Of a stretch of 64,000 nt of DNA, positions 11,394 through 23,600 are shown one piece after another. Numbering within the stretch: position 1 is the first letter of the stretch; each line of letters begins with the position of its first letter. A program made the translations under genes and the position numbers. Under the pieces are notes generated by a model. It was given only the letters and a program-made list of their open reading frames with translations, ran no database searches and was not told where the DNA came from. The DNA is from Raillietiella orientalis. Its lineage: Eukaryota. The DNA lies in the NCBI GenBank assembly GCA_036172245.1, contig JAYWIR010000010.1, positions 4,650,001 to 4,714,000 on the forward strand. The letters are read 5' to 3'.

Positions 11394-13619
11394 TAGTGTT
11401 CGATGTTTTTATTCTAACTTATGCTTCACGCCGAATACCGTACGGCACAGAATGTAAGAACTCACAAAAAACACGATACCTCATTTTTTAAAACACTATC
11501 AAACGACTGGAACTGGTAGCTGAATTCTTCCATACCAGTAGAAACGGGGTTTAACATTCCACAAAAACCTGGTCATGCTTTTCAATAACCTAAACACATA
11601 CGATTCTTGTTAATTTAATTCAGTTATAACAATCACAAAGCACGAATATGAAATTCAGTATGCCAACATTTTGTTTGACCCCACCACCCCAAGACATGAG
11701 CTGACGATGCTCCCCGGTATATACTTGTCCCCCTCACAGTTAATATCTCACCACTCTGCAGTTTTGAAACAACGCGAACTGCAGCAGTAAAGTGGAAATC
11801 AATTTGCGTTAAACTACTACACTTCTACTTTTGGGGCTCGGTATGATTACTTTCAACTTGTATACACGTGTGGTGTGGCCAAGCCGTGGAGTTGCACCGG
11901 GCACACACACTTACGCACGTCAGTTTTTGCATGGCACAACACTTTTCCTAGAAAAATGTCTGTCGAATGTTATTCTTGTTGATGAAAATCACACTAGTTT
12001 GGAAACACACGGACGGGAACGCAACTCAGTGACATGTCGGCTTTCAGTTTAAAAAAGGAAAGAAAAAAAAAAAGGAAAGGGGTAAATGGCATTCACAGTG
12101 CAGTTCAGCATGAGGAAAGTTCGAACGTCTCGGGCCCTTTGCTGCTGTTGCTCAGAGCACGTCTTCGGAATAAGCTTAATTCCATCTTGGCTTCGCCCTT
12201 ATATGTTCATTCTGCTAATTATCTGCTAATTAGTTCGAGCACCGGACAGCTATTTTTCCGCATCATTAAAATGCAGCTTTTATAATCTGTAGCATGCTTA
12301 ATTGAAAGACGACTCGTTCGCGCCACTATAATAATCAAAACACATCAGGATCGAAAAAGGAATCCAACTGTGTTTTCAAAAACAAAAATATGCAAGGGTA
12401 AAGGAAAGAGTTCATGAAGCCTGGATACTTTTCTTGCTGCTGGAAGGTTTGATTTTTTCCAGCATCTTTCATTTAAATAGTGCTTTTTTTATCGGGTTTG
12501 TTGATCACAACAGTCTAGCTGGGAGGTCACTCTCGATTCGGTTACGATGCATACATCTCATAGCTTATCTTTACTCTTTTCCGGCAAGAAGTACACGAAT
12601 CAAAAGTGTAAACTTCGTGTTCAGAAGTAGGTTTCTGAGAAACAAGGATCAAAATTGCATCCAAATTATCTCAGCAACTGCTGAAAATGTAAACCGTTGG
12701 CTTCCACAGCTTTAGACTATAATACCGGGTGGGAAAGATATTTTGGGTTCTTAAATCCAGTAACAAAGGATTTAACATTCAGACCCGCAGGATTATATGA
12801 AATAAAAAAAAATCTTGAAAGAAAGCGATTGGAGCTGGGTCAAGGGAGATTGCTATTAGATTACCGGGGGTTTTAATGAGAAAATTAAAAACCCTAGTCT
12901 CTTCACTCAACAAAGGATTGAAGCATAAGACTAGTCATGCGTGACCGTGCAATTTCGAGTGTCTATTAGCTTACTGAATTTACACATAGCAAAGCATAAA
13001 GCATACTTGAATTTTCTATCCATCCAATTCACTATGTGCGCATACAAATTCATGCGTGGATAAGTGTTTTTACAAAGAAGCCTTGTTACTGCTTTGGTAT
13101 AAATGTAAATTGGCTTCATACGAGCCTAAAAATTCCTATGTTGTTGGATTATTAGTCAATAATAACAAAGTATCGTAAGAGAACTGGTTTTATGGAAGGA
13201 AAAAATGACAAACAGAGATAAACCTTTTTTTTTTTTATTATTTGCTTTATTTGTTTTCCCAATCAAATGACACTAAATGAGATTCATGTACAATGACCTG
13301 AAAAGGGATTCAAAAAATCACTTCAAGTTCAAGAACCGTAACGGCTACATTTTCGACGTCTACTAATGATGGTATAATGGAGGCAATTAAGTATAGCCAA
13401 TTACTTGCAAGATCATGCAGCAGTTCAATGAAACGTGCTGATTCACTGTGCTACTAGTGAGAATGAATTCTTCCAAGAAAGCATAACCATCCAAACCGAG
13501 TTGTCTGTGTCTAATATATAAGCTACCGAAATACACATCCATTAAAATTAAATATTTATTTATTTTCTTGACTTGAAACCCTAAAATAAAAGTTTGATCT
13601 TTATTCCTCCTGCTATGCA

Positions 13620-14600
13620 TCTATGAGTTTATTATGAGAAAATTTTACAAGGGATCGTTTAAGTGGAACAAGTGAAGAAATTTTAAAGTTAGGAATAAAG
13701 AAATCAATAAAGAACGAGTATTGGCGGGATAGCAATCGGTAAAGAAATTTTCCAAAGATCCGTTAGGAGATCAAGGGACGAAAGGATTATTGGTGACCTG
13801 TCTCAAATCTAGCCACGTAATAGGATCACAAGATCTGACTCGCAAGTTCCCCCCTACTAGAGGGCTTCAAACGTGTGGGCACCCTGCTCACGAGGTAGAC
13901 AGCGATGGAGACGAAGCTGGAACTCCTCCCGCGTTCTCTTGGTGCCATCACGGTGGCGCACGCCACTGCTAGAGTGACGGCACCATCTCAGGAAGTTAGC
14001 TTCGCCGTCTCCTCACATGGGGTATGGGTGATCCTCCCTCCAGTCTGATGAGGATCACCCGGAATTTATGGTCACTCACAAAGCATACAGCACCGTTTGT
14101 GCTTGTCCACGAACGATGGCGCTTCCCTCTATAAGGAGATTCCAGCGGAAGAGCAAAAACTGTCGTGGGTGCAGAAGGGGCAGTACAAAGCTGTCCACGA
14201 CTAAGCCGGGGCTCGCAGAGCGGCTATGGGGAATTCGGAAGGGAGGTACTCATTGGTGCATCGTTTTGGGGGCCGTCTCATCCATCAGCTGAGCAAACAT
14301 TCATGGAGAGTTAACTCCGGCTTCCTGATTCCCTGCTAGATAGCAAGAGAAATCCCGTGCCGGTGCGTTGGTTGCTGACTTCCAGCATTAAAGAATGCAG
14401 AAAGAGTCCAGAAAGTCACTGGCTTGCAATCACATGAAACGTGTCGGAGCCTGTGATCGATCCGAATGGAATCCTCCCCAAGCTCCAGACGCCACGAATG
14501 CCCTAGGATTGGACTAATTGGATTTATGTATTCATGGAATATTTCTTTTAGACTTCACAATTCTTCAGTCGCAGATCTAGAAATTTTCCTCGCAAATCCT
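13620..14600 (-). mobile_element. Probable degenerate 3' fragment of a non-LTR retrotransposon
   Basis: GC-rich segment with YCPFC...PLESP (zinc-knuckle-like) near 14140-14185 on the minus strand, then a T-rich tail and AATAAA at 13628-13633. Same layout as the end of the 20940-23600 element. Confidence 0.3.
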
Positions 14601-14605
14601 CAGGA

Positions 14606-17155
14606 CTGCCGATCCGATGGCGCAGTTCCAGGACTTTCGACTGAAAAGCAGTAAGTAGGGTAAATGGGCTCGTGTTAAGTTGGGGACGGAAGGCGGGTAG
14701 GGACGCGAGCGGAAGGGTCCGGTCGCGATGGTGAGAGGGTGGAGGATGGTGCGGGACCGAGGCTTTCCACGGCCCCGTGGTACCGGGAATTCGTGCGTCC
14801 CGAACCGGGGGGCTCCCGGCGGTTTTGCTTTTCGGGAAGCATCGTTGGGGTGGGGAGGCGGAAATGGAAAACAGGACGGCGGTCCATGGAATGTGGATTG
14901 CCGTGCGAGTTTGATTTTTCTTCCTGCAACGGTGCAAGTTTTCGAATCGTGCAGGGTTTCCGCGCCCATGTGTGAATTCGCAGTAAACTACTTGACTATT
15001 GCGAACATGGAAGTCGTGGTGGAGTGAAAAGGTGCAGAAATTTCCATATCGGCTCTGCGGACTGGAAATGCTCGCCTGTTAGTAGAAACGGTTGCGTGCA
15101 CGGCAAGTGCGTTTGTGTCAAGTAATGCTTTTGTTAGTGCTGCTTTGATTCCGAGAATCTGCTCCATCCCGTTGGTACACGATCTGCCGTGCCGCGCTCT
15201 GCCTACCCGTCACCACTTATTTACCGGTGTGGTTTTCCTTCCGGAATTCACATGGGAAGTTTTTGCGAGCTGAGGATGTGCCTCGTTTGAGAAGAGATCG
15301 CAGGCCCTGGAAAATCGGCAAAGTGAAAGTCATGTCTCCCAAATTCAAGTTTCTCGAAGGTAATTGCAAAGTTTGAGTTTTCGTTTTGACAGGGAGAGGT
15401 TTTAGGCGAAAAAGTGCTATGCTTTCATGGACCCCTGATTTATGAAGCCAAATGTTTGAAAACGATGCTGAAGGACAAGCAACCGAAATATTTTGTTCAT
15501 TATGCTGGGTGGAACAAGAAGTAGGCGGTTTGTGCGAGTGGATGTGGATCACCGTGTGATTGCGTGTGAAAACTGTTTTAGCTGGGATGAATGGGTACCG
15601 GAAACACGAATCCTGAAGCACAACGAATCGAACTTGCAAAAGCAAAAGGATCTGCTGAAAGCCCACGAGGCACAAGTGTAAGTAGTGTTGCATGTGTGTG
15701 TGTTTTTGTGCTGCGTGAATGCTCTGCATGGGCGAAGCGAGTCCTGTGTCCGTCAATCCTATGAGCTGTCAAATCTGTTTTCTGAATGTAAAATGCGTAT
15801 GATGTATGAAAGCAAAATGTGTACGATGGAAGCATGCATGTGCAGTAAGCACCCGTGTCTCTTTACTAAAGGAAATCCAAAAAAGCACTGAAAGCAGCGA
15901 ATCGCAAGTTCAAGGATAAGGAGGTGCTGAAGGAGCACAAGGAGACTGATCATCAAGTGTCATCACCTCCCAATGAGAAGACACCAAAAAGTCGCGTTAG
16001 CAGTCCCGCTGCCTCCTTTGCGCAAGTGGCCTCAGGTTCACAAAATGCTCAGGATGGCGAAGGCATCAAAAAGAAGAAACTTAAGCTTGATCCCACAGTG
16101 GAATCTGTAAGCAAAGAGAAAGCAGCAGTGTGTCTTGCACTGCTCTTTGTAGCAAGATCAGTATGCAACCAGAGTGGAAATCAAAATTAAGATATCGGAT
16201 GAGCTGAAACCTTACATTGTGGATGACTGGGATTTGATCAACAGGCAGAAAAAAGCAAGTATTGATTCCTTAACACTTAGCTGTTATTGTAAGTGGGAAA
16301 AAAAAAAAAAAAAACACAAAAAAATGTTAGTTGTATATTCTCCCGGCTAAAATATCTGCTGAGCAAGTTGTTGACAATTACATCAAACAAAAGAAAAGCT
16401 CTAAAACAAATGCTCCAGAGAAGTAAGCAGCTTACTGTAGCAAAAGGTATGAATTTCTCTCACAGGGAGAGTACAATGCTGGAGGTGTGTGCTGGTTTGA
16501 AAGAGTACTTTGGAGTTTTACTGGGTACTCAGCTGCTGTATAAGTTTGAACGTCCCCAGTATGGTGAAGTGAGTATGAAAGCATTGTGATGGAATGTACC
16601 ATACTGTTGGCTGTAAGTAGATCCTGAGGGCCCATGCTGACACACCCATTGTTCAGTTGTATGGTCCAATCCATTTATTACGCATGTTTGGTAAGTTGTT
16701 GTTGGGGTACACTCATCTTGTTGCCAATTACGTAGTGCGCTTGGGAGGCATTCTGGCATATACCACGCTGGATGAAAAGAGCATTCAGTTGCTGCAGTCG
16801 CACATCCAGGACTTTCTGAGGTGCGTATCCTGTTTGGATTGTTGTTGATGTGCTTGTAGGTACATGCAGAAGAATGCAGACTCGTTATTCAGTCTGGACC
16901 AGTATGGCACAGCATCTCCGGAATATCACAGAAAAGCATTGTGATGCACCCACAGCATCATTCTTGAATGAAAAACAAGGACCTTTTATTTATGCATTGT
17001 TTGTGTCATATCCAAATTCGGTGCATTTGTTGGGACGTGATACTTTTGCGGCATATTGGGCAGCAGTGCTGGGATTTTTCAGCAATTTCTAAACAAGTAT
17101 TGCAGAAAACGTGGCCACAAGTAGTGGACATGAGATGGCGTTTTGTTTCGTGAAT
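14606..17155. repeat. Right arm of the ~2.55 kb inverted duplication
   Basis: Reverse complement of 3164-5712 with only a few differences, mainly at 16385-16455 and 17099-17129. Confidence 0.97.
15332..16944 (+). CDS. MRG15: MRG15 / mortality factor 4-like protein 1 (chromo-barrel + MRG domain), 10 exons, 336 aa
   Basis: Exons 15332-15359, 15406-15520, 15582-15677, 15872-16106, 16153-16254, 16331-16422, 16466-16568, 16621-16690, 16736-16820, 16860-16944. Motifs [76 protein letters not shown]. Confidence 0.96.
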
Positions 17156-17632
17156 CTAGAACCAATGTTAATAATAATAAATTCTGTGCATCCGTATTAC
17201 CTTTGTATATGCATCAAAGCATACTGGGCATGCAATTTGGTTCTTGTGTTTTGATGAAATTTGATCTGTGCTTTCCAAGTGATGTGTATTTTTGATGTCA
17301 CTGAAAGATGTATCACTAATGCTGGAATTGCTTTCTAAATCTATTGTAAACTCTAGTTTTCTGTTTGAATGGCTGCTGTTCCTGGATTTTAAACACTACA
17401 AAGGCATCAATTCATCTCTTGAGTAATACATGAATATGCTTACAGTTGGCTGATAGGAGCGTTGTTTTTTTTTCTTTACTTCTTTTACAATTATGATTTC
17501 ATCTGAACCAAATTCTTCTGAATTCTTGCTAGTGCCAGCTTTTGGTGTATAATCTATTCTTGGTCTAGTCCTTGTCCGTGGTCTCATACTTCGTAAGCTT
17601 TGGGGAGAGTACTTATCACTTCTTGAACTCAT
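17006..17632 (-). CDS. RNF4/Degringolade-like SUMO-targeted RING E3 ligase, 3 exons, 177 aa
   Basis: Exons 17632-17444, 17395-17201, 17155-17006. SIM-like DEIIIV and FTIDLE motifs; C-terminal C3HC4 RING CPVCFD...STTCGHVFCNTC...CPICRK..HRIWI. Confidence 0.85.
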
Positions 17633-20600
17633 GCCACGCAATATAGGATCTGGATGGAATGTGCAGATAGTATAATTAGAACTGACATGAGATTGCAATA
17701 AATCCACAAAAATAATTTAACATCATGCTGAACTTAAAATATTCGGACATATAAGCAATATTTCTGTCTATGAATATTTTGTTGAACCTTATTAAGAAAT
17801 GTTTCTGATCTCTTCCAAAATTCCTTACTTTACCATGAATGTTGATCCTGATGAGGATCTTAAGTACAGATGATGTTTAGACGTTATGACATGTATTGAA
17901 CACTACCAATATTAACTTAAAACTTAATTTTATATTAAATACCTTTCGCTCGGGGCAATGAAATGATGTCAATGATTAAACAACAATTTGCAATTATTGT
18001 GGAAAATCACTCAACACATAAATTAAGCTTGATTGCTTTGGTAATCTTATAATGTGTTTACTATTAGTTCATATTGAGACCGTTTTCAAATGTGTTGCTT
18101 TCAACTTTAGACCACACACGGGCCTTTCGGACTTACGCTGCACGTGAAATATGGTAACTTGTTCCCTCGCATATTTTCCAAAGCGTTTGCTAAAACGGCT
18201 TGCTTCTTGTGTGTAGAATGAGGAATCAAACATTTCGATTTCTTTCAGGGGATGAAATATTTGGAAAGAATACAGATTTCAGAAAGCTAATTCACTTGAA
18301 CCTCGGACTGCGGAGTAGAAGCAACGGAATTATTCCACAAAGCTGCATATGGCAAACTGTGCAGGTTCTGTAATGTTTACTCGAAAATATAAATGCACGA
18401 AAATTCAAATCCAATATAAACGGAAAAAACCGTGCTTACCATTTTTGATAATAGCCTTTTTCAGTGCTATCAGAAACAAATCAGATAGAAGGTGATAGGA
18501 AAACATACAAATAAAGCACAAGACCATGTAAACCGATTTCCGGAGCTTGGAAACAACACTCATAACAATTTCTGTTTGGATTTCTGGCTAAGCGCATTTG
18601 GCTTGTCAGAATGTTGAAACGTAGACGATTTTTCCGTACAATTTAATGAACCATCATTACCTTAAATGTTCACGATTGCATTGGAATGTCTCATTAGTGG
18701 GACGAAAAGGGAGAAAAAAAAATACTTTTTTTCCGAGGCACCATGCCTAATCGGAATTCTGGAGCATGTTAATCAACCGTTGTGAATTAATAGTCTAGAA
18801 CTCATTTCGTGTTAAAATGTTTCAAATTTAATCAAAACATCCTCTACTAACAAACAGTTTCAATCGGAAAGTGAAACCCGTTCTTTTATGCAGCGCCTGT
18901 CTAGTTCATACATCGGGGTTTTGGCTGAATCATTAAACCTAGTAAAAAAGACCATTACATCGGAATTGATTTCACTTCATTGATAATTTCGAAGTATTGG
19001 AAAATCATGTATTTCCTCAATAGAAAAAAAAAATGAAATGACCTCTTTACGAAATGAACTCAATTAAAAGAGAGCAAGAATGCTTGAGATATATAAAAAT
19101 CTCTCCGAGGCATCGACACGACCCCAGCAGCACACCACTGCTTCGCTAATAGGCTCAACGTGTTCTTGCGATATATGTGAAATAGGCAAATGCAGTTCTA
19201 TAGTATGTATTGAAACGTGTCCTGTCGTTTCCCTACATATTAATAATAATACACAGTTCACTTTTTCACTTCCTTTACAAGATTTAAGGGAGCTTTGTTC
19301 AGGATGGAGAATGTTCATGGTTGTTATGCATCCAAGTTGTTGTGGCTACAGGCATTGTAGTTTAATGGTGTTAGGTGATGCAGCCAAGCGATTAGTGACG
19401 TGGATTGTGTTAGAGGATGTTCCTTTAGTGAAATGTTCTTTGTTCTTACTCAAAGCTAAAGAACGGAAAACTGTATACAGAGCTTCGTAGTCATTGTTCT
19501 AAGGAAAAGCATCAGAACACATCTATTTGTGTAAATGGCTCATTGGCTTTTTAATTAATCGAAGCATTGGATTTGTACGATTTATTTGGATTTCGGATGA
19601 TTTAAACATCCTTTTTTGCAAATTTCATTACAAAGTCCTTCATACGAGAAGAACCAAATAAGCAAAAACAAAACATGAATCCGCCGATTGCTCACGTAGC
19701 AGCTGTTTAGAGAACTCTCCTGGTCTGTCAGACCATTCAGTGTTTACTGTTGTAGGTGGAAATTGGCGGAGTATGAGAAATCGAACTACTCAAGCAGCCG
19801 GAGATGGGGATTCTAAAATACCATACTAGGTGTTTTACTTGTATTCTGAATTACGAAATTCTTGTTTAGAGCTTCCAGATCGGTAGGAGGAGTAAAAAGG
19901 ACAAACAAGTAAGCAATGGAGGGAGAATATGATATGGCAGTAGAAGACCCTGAATTTTTCCCATAGAAATCTGATATTTAGTGTGATTTTGATTCTTTGT
20001 AGTTGTTATGAAAGGTCAAGCGAGATAAATGAATTCAAGTGTGCTGTATGCACTCGAAGGACACTTGTGCTCTCATCTAACGAGAGCGCAAAAACTGAAT
20101 CCATCAGCACTTCTCGTCATCTAAGAATACACTTCATGCTTTCAGATTAGGATCGGACCTACAGAATTATCTTTCAGGATCCATCCTCTGGCAAAATGAA
20201 CCTCTTATTCCCAGGATGTGATGACAATCATGTAAAAAAAAAAAGAGGCCTAACGGAATCGACTATCCCATCTCGAGTTTTAGCATACATTTTGATGCTT
20301 TGAGTCTTTTCGCAGTCCAACATAACTTATAGAATATGTGAAATAAATATAAAAAATCTCCGCACTCCATTCTTTCAGGAAGAGCTGGAAGAGTGCCTTG
20401 AGCATCCTGTTTCATTTTCGGAGATCTTGGAACACGCAATTCCTTAACGATCACTCAATGAAACTGAAATAAATGTTGAACAGCGTGCAAAAATAGGAGC
20501 AAAAAAATTTTTTTTGCTTCTCATGGAGGCGTGGAAATTATTTTTGTGTCGTTATGAAAGTGAAGAAACTTCATCGGCACTTTATCTATCCCCCTGTTAC

Positions 20601-20939
20601 GAGAGATGGAAAAGGTGTAAAAGACTGCCAAATACTAAAATGATCTGCAACGCGTGTTCCTTCACGGAACTGTGACAAAAAAAAAAAGCTGGCAGAAAAG
20701 CATAGAAGAACCGTGGATGGGAGTTCTAATCATCCCTGAAGACAGGATAACAGGATACTCAATTAGGATGCAGGGACGAGGCACAGCACTGAAAAAGAAT
20801 CAGCAACAGCAACGACTACAGCGAAGCTTGAGTTAGAATACTCCTCAAGGTAAATCTTCTCAAATGAGAAAGAAGGGGAGAACGTCACCATTTCGAAGGC
20901 ATCTGAATTTCTGAAGTCATCGCCACGTCGCAGCCCCAA

Positions 20940-23600
20940 GTTTATTTCATCAAGAAAATAAACAAACTAATTGGAAATCAAGCTCTTAAGGGAAACCACA
21001 AGAAGTTCGTGGGGAGGAATCACCACACGCAGGTCGGTCAAGTAGGAAGTCTGGAGGGGGGGGTGCAACGGGGACAATAAAGGAATAAGGAAAAATAAGG
21101 AGGGTAAAGAGAAGGGTACCAAAGACCCTTCTCTGGTACACAACATCCTTTTTTCCTAGAGCCAGCGCATCATGCAAGCAAATCTCTTTATGGCTTCATC
21201 AAAATGGGGCCAACTAGCTGGAGACTTACATGCGAGTGACCTCCCGTCGCTCCACGCAAACCTTAACACATGGAGGTAAGTAGTGATTAGGCAAACTCAA
21301 CATCGCCATCACGGCACCACAGACACGAAAGTCCGCCGTGCAGTTGGGGATGCACTTGTCTCGGAAAAGAAGTGTGGACTTTCCTTACAATGGAATCCCC
21401 TCAGCATGGAAGGAGCACCACTTCGGTACTTCCAATTTAAGGGAAGGAAACAGACCACAAGTTCTGCGGGAGACACACTCAGAAGTTACTCCCACTGAAG
21501 CAGTCCCTTGACCCGAAAACGTGAAGTGGAGGCTTCCACCGGCTTTGTCATCCTCTGGTCTTCAAGTTTTCTGACTCCTAGGACAGACGACGGAGTTGCG
21601 GCAAGGAGTGACAAGCAGCAGCCATGTGCCAGTGTGGAGCGACTTATGCACATCGCCTGTTCTGTTTTCCGTCCTCCATGACACATATTCCAGGGCGCTG
21701 CTTGAGGAGGATCTGTGGACGAGCCGCATACGGAGGTCCAGATGGATAATTCAGTTCACTCAGACGCGAGAGATCCTTCTGAGAGAGAACGAACAAGAAT
21801 CACCTCCCACAGAGAGGGCGGAAGGAGTGAGAGGGGCCAAAGAAGACGACAGGGAGATCCGAAGGTGGAACGTTGGACTTCGGGAATTAGATCTATCCGG
21901 TTGTTGGCTGCCTTATAGATCCACTACTCTCCAGGCCGACGAGAGGGATCAGGGACCAAAGGAGACAACCACATCCTCCAGCAGGTACGACGGGAGCTTC
22001 TCTTCTACTTCAAAGGAGATTCCAGGAATCATTCCGAAAGATCATCTTAAATGTGCATGGAACCAAAGAGTCCTTTCTTTTTTAGAGAACCAAGAAAATG
22101 ATAACCATCTTGGTTTCGGCTTGTTGCCATTCCCTTCTTAGGGAACGAGGATGAGCTGAAGGTTCTCTAAACTCTTTCTTGCTCACCCCATGCCTTTCGA
22201 CTCCAGACTTCTTTGACAGAGGATCAATCAAGATACAAGCTCCTTCTCATCTCTTAAGGGATCTGGAGGAATACACTTCAAAGATACGCCGAGATAAGAG
22301 GAGCCTCGATCATGCGCGCGGGGAAACCCATGCAGAGCATAATCATCTGGATCTGTAGGAGTGCAGGCAGCGAACCAATGGGGAAGGAGGGAAGGGTGGG
22401 CAGATTCAGGTGTGTTCCAGAAGATGGAGACAGGGTCGCACTCTTCCTGGAACTCCCGGAACACAAAAGTCATCAAGCGGCGCCAGATAACGGCTGTTGC
22501 CTCTCCATCCTCACACCTACTTCTCTGGAACTTCCACCTGGAACGAAAGTTCAAGGGTAGGACGCACGAGGGAAGAGCTGCTGGGAACTCTTCCCCAGGT
22601 GCAAGAAGGATCTTTTCCTTGGAGAGGAATCACAGTCAATGGTCTGAGATTGGTAAATGGCCGGTTCGATAGTGCTGAGGTTCTCTAAGCTCGAGAGGTT
22701 GCTGCCGATCCGTGTCCATGTATGGCGACACCTTACTGCCAGCATTCGCAGAGATCTACAGCTTTCCAGAGTGAACATCTGGAGAGAAGAGCTGCCAGAG
22801 TGGAGTGTCAAGAGAGAAAATCTTCAGAAGGAAACTATGGGATGCAAAAGAGCATGCAAGGATGGAACAGTTTCCGGAATCTTTTGGGCGGCGCAGTCCG
22901 AACGTGGTTTTCTGGGGCCAAGATAAGAAAGATGGAAGATACCGAGGAAAAATCTCACTGATATAAGGAGGAGGATTTTGTAATGACCTCGTTGGATCCA
23001 TTTGCTCTATCTCCACTTTTTAGTAGACAGTCGATCCAGCTTTTCGTGCAACCCTTTCTCATCCCCATAGAAAAAGGTACCTGAGGGGTCTGGAATGAAA
23101 AATGGGGTGGTATGTTATTCCTAATGATTTCTACTATTCAAGATTAGGGGTAAATTTTCCTCTTTGCTCTCCCTAGAGAGTGCTCGATCCAGCAGCGCTT
23201 AGGATCAGCTCACACCTCCATCCCAGAGAAAACGGCGGCGCGGCGCCAAAACCAGGAGAGGACGTCCTCGAGCTGTCTTTCGGATGGAATTTCCGGGACT
23301 TTCCAGGAATTGGGCCGGTCAGCAAGGAGCGGGATTGGGTCGGAATTTGACGAGAGAAGAGCATAGAGAAAAAGGCGTCAGCAACATCGCTATCCTCTGG
23401 GATGCAATTCTTCATTTCCGGAGGTGCTTGCACAAGAGCAGAAGACTCATCTTACGTCGAATGGTCAAACGGTGGAAAGGTTGGCTTTTTCTCTATATAC
23501 TGATCATGATGGGTGTTCATGAAGACTTCGTGCCTCCCATTACGCCTGCATTCCAGAATCCAACATGCCAACGGAACCAGTGGTAAATCTGGACGAAGAG
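20940..23600 (-). mobile_element. Degenerate non-LTR retrotransposon ORF2 (APE endonuclease-RT, L1/Tx1-like)
   Basis: Frameshifted motifs in the expected order on the minus strand: VGFWNAG (~23550), GTFFY...KLDR (~23030-23080), LILVP/K-GNG (~22125-22157), WCSF..GIPL/ESPHFF (~21365-21420), then AATAAA at 20941-20946. No intact YADD seen. Confidence 0.45.

Noticed and set aside
12400..13620. Additional bacterial or viral fragments
   Set aside because: Some peptide-like runs, but no motif I can assign.
3164..17155. Inverted arms as terminal inverted repeats of a giant transposon
   Set aside because: The arms consist of a host gene, and no transposase, integrase or target-site duplication is visible.
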